This document shows, piece by piece, positions 19,727 through 27,927 of a stretch of DNA of 64,000 bases. The stretch lies in IMG/VR virus record IMGVR_UViG_3300026549_000002; one strand, 5' to 3'. The translations under genes were made by a program, and so were the position numbers. Each line of letters begins with the position of its first letter. Within the stretch, counting starts at the first letter, position 1. The notes under the pieces are model-generated. The model made no database searches. It was not told where the DNA came from and was given only the letters and a program-made list of their open reading frames with translations. Source of the stretch: an uncultured virus (IMG/VR IMGVR_UViG_3300026549_000002) (taxonomy: Duplodnaviria; Heunggongvirae; Uroviricota; Caudoviricetes).

Positions 19727-19975
19727 CTCAGTGATTCAATATTAATCGAAACAGAGAATTTAACCTTTTCAGGTGGAGCAGCGGTTGTAAATGGTAAAGA
19801 CGATTATATTCTTGTAAACGCAATTGTTATAAACAGGCCCACATCCGAGAATAATAGTTATGCAATAAGTTCCATCTATGGCAGAACTAACGGAACATAC
19901 CGTTTGCAAAATGTATATACAGAATTAAATTCGGGTGCGATTGTCAAACTTATATGGGTGCATAAGTTAACTTAA
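19715..19975 (+). other. silent, start-less alternative fibre C-terminal cassette 1 (86 codons, LNNNLSDSILIETENL...VKLIWVHKLT*)
   Basis: Open frame begins at site A1 in the LNN frame; no in-frame start codon between upstream TAA (19649) and the site; converges on stop of 20002-20871. Confidence 0.8.
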
Positions 19976-20001
19976 CTTCTAAAATCTATTATAAATAATA
20001 A

Positions 20002-20871
20002 TTATTTTCCAATGATTAAAGTTGGTATACTATAAGTTCCAGTAATAGATTCTGCATTAGCTGTACCATGATAAGTAACTACAGAGGTTGTTGCTGTGCA
20101 CCAACCAAATATACCATATGTATTAAAAGTGCATTGAGCTAATAATATAGAAGCAAATAATGAAGTGGGTAAATTTTCTGTAGCAGCTGCATTTTCTGCA
20201 TAGTGAGCATTAGACCATAAACCTCCAAAAGCAAACCATTTTGAAGCTGTGCCATGACATAGAATTAAACCATTATAAAATTTTTCCCAAGTCCATATAC
20301 CAGTTTTTCCTGTATCAATTATTAACTTATTATTTAATGTACTTAATTGCTGAGCGATAGTACTTGTCGCGTCCGGTAGATCCGAAGCACTAGCATAACC
20401 AACTACATGAGCAAAATAATCATTCAAAGCAGATTGAGAATATGTCTTATAGTCACTAGGACTTGCAACATCCTCAACACTACTTAAAAATACGTCTTTA
20501 AACTTGTTATCTACTCTTTTTCTAAACCTATTAAATTTTGTCCACATACTAGATGTAACCTCGGTTGCATTAGTAACGCGAACACTAGTATCTAATAGTT
20601 CAGTTGATGTTTCACTACTAGACGAATCAAAATTCTGTATACCACTTGAAACTGTGGTGTTACCAATATTACCACCTGATGCGGTAACCTTGGTGTTGAT
20701 CTGACTCTGTATTGGTGCGGCGGCGCTTGGTATATCGCCGAGCACAGTCTGGAGATCTTTAGTACTAGAGTCAGACATTTCTACATCTACGTTTGAAGCA
20801 TCAGCACCAATGGGTGTTTCTGTACCCCATATGCCGTCTTCAAACTGAGATACTGATTTAATTTTTGACAT
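20002..20871 (-). CDS. tail fibre / receptor-binding protein A (178-aa constant part + 111-aa variable tip)
   Basis: N-terminus paralogous to 21294-22238 up to QLSTLNN, then unrelated; tip GIWTWEKFYNGLILCHG resembles fibre C-terminal motifs. Confidence 0.7.
   Translation of the reverse strand: MSKIKSVSQFEDGIWGTETPIGADASNVDVEMSDSSTKDLQTVLGDIPSAAAPIQSQINTKVTASGGNIGNTTVSSGIQNFDSSSSETSTELLDTSVRVTNATEVTSSMWTKFNRFRKRVDNKFKDVFLSSVEDVASPSDYKTYSQSALNDYFAHVVGYASASDLPDATSTIAQQLSTLNNKLIIDTGKTGIWTWEKFYNGLILCHGTASKWFAFGGLWSNAHYAENAAATENLPTSLFASILLAQCTFNTYGIFGWCTATTSVVTYHGTANAESITGTYSIPTLIIGK
20327..20349 (-). repeat. putative recombination site B1 (CAATTAAGTACATTAAATAATAA)
   Basis: Exact 23-bp copy at 21706-21728; encodes QLSTLNN. 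Confidence 0.85.
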
Positions 20872-20973
20872 AATTTAATCTCTCCTTTTGTCTCGCGGCG
20901 GTCCCGCCGCAGGATATGTAAGCGGTGCCTGGTGAAAGACACCGCGGGACTGGTTTCATTAAAATTGGGTTTC

Positions 20974-20998
20974 ATCTGTTATTTCACTAAATAATAAT
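20974..20998 (+). repeat. putative recombination site A2
   Basis: Identical to A1. Confidence 0.85.
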
Positions 20999-21280
20999 GT
21001 CATAATGCTTCATGATTTAACTCGCGTACATTTTTTAGAAGGTACAAAAGTTAGTATGACTTGTCCCGCTTCTGGAGACGCTCAAGTTACATTTCATTAT
21101 GCCCAATCATATAGTTATGTTCGGCCTATAGTAACGCAAGTAAATGATGCTTCTCGTTGGCAATATATTATTTTGGCAGTTACTAATGACAGTTTAAATT
21201 ATTGTATAGTTCATGGACATAATCTTTTAAATCAACAAGTTACTTTTCAAATACAAATAATAGTATTAGGTTATTTATAA
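20987..21280 (+). other. silent alternative fibre C-terminal cassette 2 (97 codons, LNNNVIMLHDL...QIIVLGYL*)
   Basis: In frame with LNN at site A2; internal ATG 21005 lacks a Shine-Dalgarno; converges on stop of 21294-22238. Confidence 0.8.
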
Positions 21281-21293
21281 TAAATTGAATAAT

Positions 21294-22238
21294 TTAAAAT
21301 TGAACCGTTTTAAACCCAATTACTTGTGTAATATTTATATAATCACCATATGTAAAAGCCATTGTAATATTTGTTGAACCAGAAGAAGACATGACACCAA
21401 AACCATGTTGTCCTGTGCTATAACTGTGATTGCCATCTGTAACTTGATATGTACGAATAGTATTATTTTTAATAATACAGCTCTTAACTTTATAATATGT
21501 AGCCCCCGTTTGATTTGTAGAAACAGTTACAGCACTCATAAACAAACTAATTGTTTTTCCATTCGGATGCATTACCGACATTGAATTAAATTGTCTGTCA
21601 TTATCTTTATAGCATATAACAAACATTTCATAGTTTGCTGCTGAGTCAGATAAAGTTATAGGACTATTTATTGCCACATTATCGTCATCAAAGAGAATAA
21701 TAGCATTATTATTTAATGTACTTAATTGGTCTGCTACCGAACCAACGGTAGCTACATCCGCATCTGTTTTATATCCAATTACATCAGCAAAATAACTATT
21801 CAGCGCTGCTTGAGAATATGTTTTAGTATCACTAGGTGTAACCACATCCTCAACAGAACTAATTAAAAAGTTACTAAATTTATTTGAAACCCTTTTTCTA
21901 AACATATTAAATTTTGACCACATAGTAGTCTGGCTTTCACCTGCCGCAACCACTACGTCTGTGCCGTCAATATCCTCTGATGTGTCTGTCTCTGAAGCAG
22001 GATCAAGGACACTGACCACAGTATCTTTTATATCTCCGCCGCTGGCATTTACTTTACCAGTCAGTTGTGTTTTCATACTAGGATCGGAAACTGAAACATT
22101 ACCAAGTACTGTCTGCAAATCTTTAGTAGAAGTAGAATCACTTAAAGCTACATCTACATTACTTGCATCAGCACCAATAGGAGTTCCATTTGCCCAGCTT
22201 CCGTTATTATATTCATAAACTTCTTTAATTTTTGGCAT
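21294..22238 (-). CDS. tail fibre / receptor-binding protein B (174-aa constant part + 140-aa variable tip)
   Basis: Paralog of fibre A (TPIGADASNVDV, KDLQTVLG, MWSKFN.FRKRV, KTYSQ); tip ITLSDSAANY..ITQVIG. Confidence 0.7.
   Translation of the reverse strand: MPKIKEVYEYNNGSWANGTPIGADASNVDVALSDSTSTKDLQTVLGNVSVSDPSMKTQLTGKVNASGGDIKDTVVSVLDPASETDTSEDIDGTDVVVAAGESQTTMWSKFNMFRKRVSNKFSNFLISSVEDVVTPSDTKTYSQAALNSYFADVIGYKTDADVATVGSVADQLSTLNNNAIILFDDDNVAINSPITLSDSAANYEMFVICYKDNDRQFNSMSVMHPNGKTISLFMSAVTVSTNQTGATYYKVKSCIIKNNTIRTYQVTDGNHSYSTGQHGFGVMSSSGSTNITMAFTYGDYINITQVIGFKTVQF
21706..21728 (-). repeat. putative recombination site B2
   Basis: Identical to B1. Confidence 0.85.
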
Positions 22239-22250
22239 TTAATGGCCTCC

Positions 22251-23504
22251 TCATCTTAATTCTAAGTAACCGTTTTCGCCTGCATGGGCTTTAGCACCAG
22301 TCACATCAGTTGCATCATAGTTAGGTAATAATTTATCATCTGTAAATACATCAGTAGCGCTACTAATCTTACTAACATCCCAAAGACTTGAAACATAAAT
22401 ATGCTCTAAGCTAGAACAACCACTAAATAAATTATTAGCACTAACTGAAGTTGCATCAAATTTAAATTCCCAACTACGTAAATCTAGCGATACTAGACCA
22501 ATACAATCAGCAAACATACCTTCAACAGTAGTAGCTGCAATAGGCATTACTGTAGGTAAACTTAATGCGGTAAGTGCATTACAACCACTAAACATTTGAT
22601 ACATATCTGTGACTCTACTTGTGTTAAAACTTGTTAAATCAAAAGAAGTACAAGCACGGCAAGCATAAAACATTTGTCTCATTGTAGTCACTTTGCTAGT
22701 ATCAAAACTGGTTAAACTCAGTGATGTTAAGCTAGTACATAGGTTAAACATTAATGCCATTGATGTAGCATTACTAGTAATAAAATTACCTAATGTTAAT
22801 GTAGCTAAATCATAACATTCACTAAACATACCTGCAAATGTGGTTACATTACTTGTATCAAACATAGATACATCAAGAGAGGCTAAAGTCATACAAGAGT
22901 CAAACATGTATGACATATTTGTTACTGCGGCGGTGTTGAAATTTGTTAACACACAATTATATAATGCAGTACATCCACTAAACATATATGACATATCAGT
23001 TACTGCGGCGGTGTTGTGGGCCGTCATGATAACTGAACCCAGCTTTGCACAACCCCCAAACATATGTGCAAAACTAGTACATTTTGATGTATCTAATCTA
23101 TCTAAATTATTAATGGTAGCCAGGTTCTTACATCCATCAAACCAATATGCTATAGATATTGGTTGAATCTCACCCATAAAGTTTACAGTTGTAATGTTGG
23201 CAACACGACTAGTCCATGGAATGTCCGTAGGTGCGGCCGCCGCAACATTTTCAACTCCTTTATAATAAGTTTTCGAACCAACGACTTGACCATTATTATA
23301 TTTATTCTTTTCTAATCTAATAAAATTTAAACTTGTATCTGAAGTATCATAATAAGCATACGCTTCAGTATCTACATATGCATCATCACTTACCTTAAAA
23401 CAAGTAGTACCATCTGATTTGGTAGTGTAATCATTCAAAGAACCTTTATAATAGTGTCTATTTAAAAGTTCATTTACTTTTGTAATATCTGAACTTATAC
23501 TCAT
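22251..23504 (-). CDS. BspA-like / DUF285 leucine-rich-repeat protein
   Basis: About 8-9 repeats of ~26 aa, F(D/N)TSxVTxMxxMFxxCxxLxxL. Confidence 0.85.
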   Translation of the reverse strand: MSISSDITKVNELLNRHYYKGSLNDYTTKSDGTTCFKVSDDAYVDTEAYAYYDTSDTSLNFIRLEKNKYNNGQVVGSKTYYKGVENVAAAAPTDIPWTSRVANITTVNFMGEIQPISIAYWFDGCKNLATINNLDRLDTSKCTSFAHMFGGCAKLGSVIMTAHNTAAVTDMSYMFSGCTALYNCVLTNFNTAAVTNMSYMFDSCMTLASLDVSMFDTSNVTTFAGMFSECYDLATLTLGNFITSNATSMALMFNLCTSLTSLSLTSFDTSKVTTMRQMFYACRACTSFDLTSFNTSRVTDMYQMFSGCNALTALSLPTVMPIAATTVEGMFADCIGLVSLDLRSWEFKFDATSVSANNLFSGCSSLEHIYVSSLWDVSKISSATDVFTDDKLLPNYDATDVTGAKAHAGENGYLELR

Positions 23505-23517
23505 AAAGGCCTCCTTT

Positions 23518-23706
23518 CTAATCTGTCACTACAAACCAAAGAGCACCTTCTCCCGATACTACCGTAGTATCAGGACTACGTGTATCGCCTACCTCTGCGG
23601 CTGCAATAACTAAATTTCTTTTATCTAAATAATCTATATTAGCTTCAAGGCTACGAATGTTAGATAACTCATTCTTAACCCAAACAGCTTCAGGCCATGC
23701 ACTCAT
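23518..23706 (-). CDS. small tail-module protein (62 aa)
   Basis: GGAGG RBS; MSAWPEAVW; ends ALWFVV. Confidence 0.65.
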   Translation of the reverse strand: MSAWPEAVWVKNELSNIRSLEANIDYLDKRNLVIAAAEVGDTRSPDTTVVSGEGALWFVVTD

Positions 23707-24080
23707 GCTATTACCTCCCTAATAATTGTTCCTGTACTTTGATCTATTGTTGTTGTCTTAGTCTTCAAAGTAGTCTGAGAACTAGTTGTTCCATAAGACA
23801 GCACCGCAGTAATAGTAGTCAGCGTATCACTAGTCTCGGTAATAGTTGTAACCATCTTATAGAAGTTTCCACTAGGAGCTGCGTTAGCATCATAATGTTC
23901 AGTAATAACGATACTCGAACCACTATCATCAATACTTACATAGTGAGGAGTACCAATTTTTACTTCATATTCGAGATTGAGTCCACTAGCCATATCTACA
24001 AGCTGTCCATCCGTACCAAAAGGCATAAATGCACTATAAGATGAACCTTGTTTTTCATGTAGACCTTTTATTCTATCCAT
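23703..24080 (-). CDS. tail-module protein (125 aa)
   Basis: AAGGAG RBS; N-terminal PFGTDGQLVD resembles fibre N-termini. Confidence 0.65.
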   Translation of the reverse strand: MDRIKGLHEKQGSSYSAFMPFGTDGQLVDMASGLNLEYEVKIGTPHYVSIDDSGSSIVITEHYDANAAPSGNFYKMVTTITETSDTLTTITAVLSYGTTSSQTTLKTKTTTIDQSTGTIIREVIA

Positions 24081-24101
24081 AATGACTCCTTTTAATCTCC
24101 A

Positions 24102-24461
24102 TTAATTTACTTCTGCATAAATTGTATAATCAATTAAAACACTTGGCGGCGCGCCATCAGGAAACTCTATACTAGTTAAATTCACGCAATCATCTGATTC
24201 GTACATATTAGTTACGCCAAACCAAATCGTTTTATTCTCTGTATCCCCATTAATTACCATTCTAAAACGATGGTCTAATGTAGGATTACTACCTTGCGTC
24301 CAAGTCTCAAATATCATATCATCTTTCTCTGCTACGACTACTCCAAACTTAACAACTACAGAATTACCGCCGTCTGGAATAATAGATGCTATGGCATTTT
24401 CACCTGGACTAAAAGGACCAGTTATCTGGCCAAAAATTCCACTTGATACATATTCTGCCAT
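24102..24461 (-). CDS. tail-module hypothetical protein
   Basis: ORF with RBS in tail operon. Confidence 0.65.
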   Translation of the reverse strand: MAEYVSSGIFGQITGPFSPGENAIASIIPDGGNSVVVKFGVVVAEKDDMIFETWTQGSNPTLDHRFRMVINGDTENKTIWFGVTNMYESDDCVNLTSIEFPDGAPPSVLIDYTIYAEVN

Positions 24462-24540
24462 AATAAAATCCTTTCTAGAATAGAAGAAAAAACGCTATAA
24501 AAAATTATAGCGTTTTGACCATTCTTCTATTATCTATAAA

Positions 24541-27120
24541 CTAAAGTGCATCTTCCGCAACAGGAATATTAACTATTTTAAACCAAAAACCTTTGTTTTG
24601 TAAATTCGCAGCTTTGTTTGTATCTACTGGTGTACCATTTGCATTAGCATAATCTTTAATCACAGCTTGTGAAGGGTCAATACCAGAAGTTTCAAATGAA
24701 CTGATAGCATACCAGTTATTCTGTGCTACACTTGCCGCAGGTGAAGTAATATTACCTTGACTGTCAAATATAAAGTGGGCATTAGCATTATTATAATCAT
24801 AACCATAAATAGTTAATGTTGTACTTGTACTTGTATCACCAACAGAAGTAACCCAACCTAAAGCATGTGTTTCAGTTGGATTAACTGTACCATCTGCATT
24901 ATAACCAAAACCATAAGGTTTTTGTGATTTTAATATTGCTTCAGTAGTAAAATTACCAAACAGGTGATTAGATGTAAAGATACTACCCATTGTAGTCCAT
25001 TTAAACTGACCACCAGTAGTTCTTGAAGTACCCGTATCATCCTGTTCATAGGTCCAATATACACCATCTTTAATCCTTAATTCTTCAAGGGTAGGCTCAA
25101 GTAACTGATAGTTACCAGTTGTTAATCCTTGTCTATATACTGGGTCACTGTATAAAATTACTAATGTATCACCTACGTTTCTAATGGCTACAATATTATT
25201 AACAGGTGTTTCACTTATTCGAACATCTGTTGAACTCTCACCATCTGGGATAACATCATATTTATTATACCAATAACTTACTTCATCAAGTTTATTTTCA
25301 TTGCTTACATAAGTATCAACAACACTAGCAACTTGAATAGGTAACGTCTTAGTATCTCTAACACCAGCAATTTCTGTTTCAGTATTGTACTGTAATACAA
25401 AATGTTGGTCACTATTGAAATAAATATCTTCAACTACTTGTAATCTACCAACTGTTTGTCTTGGTAAATCAGTTGTTCCAGAAGTATAGTAAGCATATAC
25501 GTTACCATCGCTCTCTAACCTAATATGTGAAATAGTAGGTATAGCAATAGACTCAGTAACATTAGCACTTGTTTCTGGATGTTCTGGATCAACAAGAGTA
25601 TAGTAAGTAACGACTAAATAACTACGTTCTGCTTGGTCTACAACAGAAATATCTGGAGTAATTTGCTTAACTACTTTCAAGCGGCCAAGCGAAATATAAT
25701 CTCCTACAGTTCCAGTTTCTTTATTGCTTTGATCGCTGCTGTAATCTCTTAATCTGTAACGCAGTTCAAAATCATTTGTTACATCACAATTCTCAAAATC
25801 AATACCATGTATTCCTCTTGGAATAAACATTTGATAATCTTTATAGAAAGTATGACCTTGAGAATCTGCATATTCACGCATCATATTGGTGTAGTTATAT
25901 CCACCTTCACCATCTGATTCAGCTGCCCAAATTTCAGTCTTAACAAAACCAGGGTCATCTATATAAGTAACAGGATATACTGTATTATCAATTACCTTTC
26001 TTGTTTCATCCCAAAGATAATAGTCATCACCAACTTTATAATAAGCCTTTGGATTAGTAGGCTTAGTACTAGGAAGAGTGGCAACCTCAATTACATCTGG
26101 TCCATAAGCTGATACTGACTCAGCAGTATAGTTAAATACTGTATAAGGGAAATCAAATCCTATCTTTGCTCCAACAATATTGCCTTGAGCATCGCGAAGG
26201 TTACAATAGCCATATTGAATGTCATCATAAAATCCTTCGCCTTCTACATAACCAGCTTGTCTTGAAGCACGTAACTCACCCTTTGCGGCATCTACATTAT
26301 CACCATGAACATATTCATCTATGAAACTAGTCCAATCAATTAATTCAACCTCAGGTGAATCTCCTTCAGGACCAACTATCTGTCCCACGTAAACAGCGCC
26401 GCCGCCAGGATTCAAAACGAACTCACTCCATACTCTTGCGAATATAGTTAAAGGTGCTTCATCTTTATCTTTTAAAGCGGTTATTGCGGCGTTGGTGTCT
26501 CCCGCGTTATCAACCAGGACATAACTGTAGTGTGTATACTTAGGTACATATCCAGTCCATGACAAAGCACTGCCACCGCTTTCACCTGGATCAGTATCAG
26601 TATACTTTACACCAGCTTCACCATAGAGAGTAACTACTTCTCTATCATCTTCTCTTTTTAAATCTTTAAATCTAACATCTGCTGCTAAAACACCATCAAC
26701 TCTGCTAATTTTATATTCATAGTGTTTATATTTCGGCACTTGAGCTGTTACGCGGTAACTACCGGTAGTAGGTGCATCATAATCTTCATATACAATATCT
26801 AGTGCCGCCGCAATCAGTGTTACACTTTCTGTATCATTTTCAGTAATGGTATTATCATCATTAACATAATAACCTTCAATTGGTTGTCTGTTGAAAGGTT
26901 CATTATAATTTAAACCTCTTCTGAATATAATACCATTCTCTCTATTATACTTTTCATTTTTATTAACAAGTGTATCTATAATGACATACTCATTATAATT
27001 AGCATCTACATAAGACCCGCCTTTTTGAAAGAGGTCAACCATGTCTTTAATGCTATCATAGTGAGCTACTAGGTCATAAGTACGTCCTTGTTTTCCACCA
27101 TAGAAGCTATACATACTCAT
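24541..27120 (-). CDS. putative tail/baseplate structural protein (859 aa)
   Basis: MYSFYGG N-terminus; beta-rich; GGAGG RBS. Confidence 0.55.
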   Translation of the reverse strand: MSMYSFYGGKQGRTYDLVAHYDSIKDMVDLFQKGGSYVDANYNEYVIIDTLVNKNEKYNRENGIIFRRGLNYNEPFNRQPIEGYYVNDDNTITENDTESVTLIAAALDIVYEDYDAPTTGSYRVTAQVPKYKHYEYKISRVDGVLAADVRFKDLKREDDREVVTLYGEAGVKYTDTDPGESGGSALSWTGYVPKYTHYSYVLVDNAGDTNAAITALKDKDEAPLTIFARVWSEFVLNPGGGAVYVGQIVGPEGDSPEVELIDWTSFIDEYVHGDNVDAAKGELRASRQAGYVEGEGFYDDIQYGYCNLRDAQGNIVGAKIGFDFPYTVFNYTAESVSAYGPDVIEVATLPSTKPTNPKAYYKVGDDYYLWDETRKVIDNTVYPVTYIDDPGFVKTEIWAAESDGEGGYNYTNMMREYADSQGHTFYKDYQMFIPRGIHGIDFENCDVTNDFELRYRLRDYSSDQSNKETGTVGDYISLGRLKVVKQITPDISVVDQAERSYLVVTYYTLVDPEHPETSANVTESIAIPTISHIRLESDGNVYAYYTSGTTDLPRQTVGRLQVVEDIYFNSDQHFVLQYNTETEIAGVRDTKTLPIQVASVVDTYVSNENKLDEVSYWYNKYDVIPDGESSTDVRISETPVNNIVAIRNVGDTLVILYSDPVYRQGLTTGNYQLLEPTLEELRIKDGVYWTYEQDDTGTSRTTGGQFKWTTMGSIFTSNHLFGNFTTEAILKSQKPYGFGYNADGTVNPTETHALGWVTSVGDTSTSTTLTIYGYDYNNANAHFIFDSQGNITSPAASVAQNNWYAISSFETSGIDPSQAVIKDYANANGTPVDTNKAANLQNKGFWFKIVNIPVAEDAL

Positions 27121-27138
27121 TATCTAATCTTAACCTCC

Positions 27139-27915
27139 TTAAACCGTATAAGCGTAATCTAAAATGAAATCTTGTATCTTAGTAGTATCATCTCCATTAG
27201 GAGCCATTACACCAACAAAGCTAATTTGAGTTCCATTATTGATTTCATATACTCCACTACGACCCAATCTAATTGGTTCTCTATTAACACAGAACAATGC
27301 TCCTGGTCTAGATTGTATTCCAATTTTATCTACTGCCGAAACACCGACTTCTAAAATTGAATTAACAATACATACATCACCATTATCATCAAAATCTAAT
27401 GTATTATCTGCCGCACCTGGGCCATTATATACAAAAGGATTTCTAGCCTGCACAATATAGTCATAACCAATTCTTCCTAATTTGAAGCATAAATAGTTAT
27501 AATCTTCATTAGGAGTAAATACTATAGTAAACTCTTTTGTTCTATTATTTACTCCCTCTTGATAAGGGCCTAGATTTAATGATTTCTCGATAGTCTGAGT
27601 TTTTTCACCGGTATGACTAGCCTCTCTAATTGAACCTCTTTCCTTATATAAAACAAGAGAAAAATCAAAATTACTAATTTCACCACCATAGGCTGGCTGT
27701 AAATTAGAATCTTGTCTAGTTGCAGAGAATCTTAAATAATAAGTAGTTTTTGCTTTAAACTGCGCTGGATTCGCGGCCGTGCCTAAGTGCAGCGCATAGT
27801 CTTCAAAAACTTGACCATTATCATACCAACTAATATAAACTGAAGAACTATACTTAGATAGCGGAGAAAGATATGTTCCACTTGCATTTTTTCTTATTTG
27901 TCCAATTTGTAACAT
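27139..27915 (-). CDS. putative baseplate/tail protein (258 aa)
   Basis: KIGIQSRPG..VNREPIRLGRSGVYEI; context. Confidence 0.55.
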   Translation of the reverse strand: MLQIGQIRKNASGTYLSPLSKYSSSVYISWYDNGQVFEDYALHLGTAANPAQFKAKTTYYLRFSATRQDSNLQPAYGGEISNFDFSLVLYKERGSIREASHTGEKTQTIEKSLNLGPYQEGVNNRTKEFTIVFTPNEDYNYLCFKLGRIGYDYIVQARNPFVYNGPGAADNTLDFDDNGDVCIVNSILEVGVSAVDKIGIQSRPGALFCVNREPIRLGRSGVYEINNGTQISFVGVMAPNGDDTTKIQDFILDYAYTV

Positions 27916-27927
27916 CCTTTTATCTCC

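Noticed and set aside
21005..21280. Independent 91-aa + strand gene
   Set aside because: No Shine-Dalgarno, antisense to the operon, and the frame extends to the repeat site; better explained as a silent cassette.
19700..22240. Diversity-generating retroelement targeting the fibres
   Set aside because: No reverse transcriptase and no TR/VR pair differing at adenines; the repeats are short and inverted.
22921..23016. 18-bp direct repeat GTTACTGCGGCGGTGTTG as a recombination site or CRISPR repeat
   Set aside because: 78-bp period equals the 26-aa LRR unit of the coding sequence.
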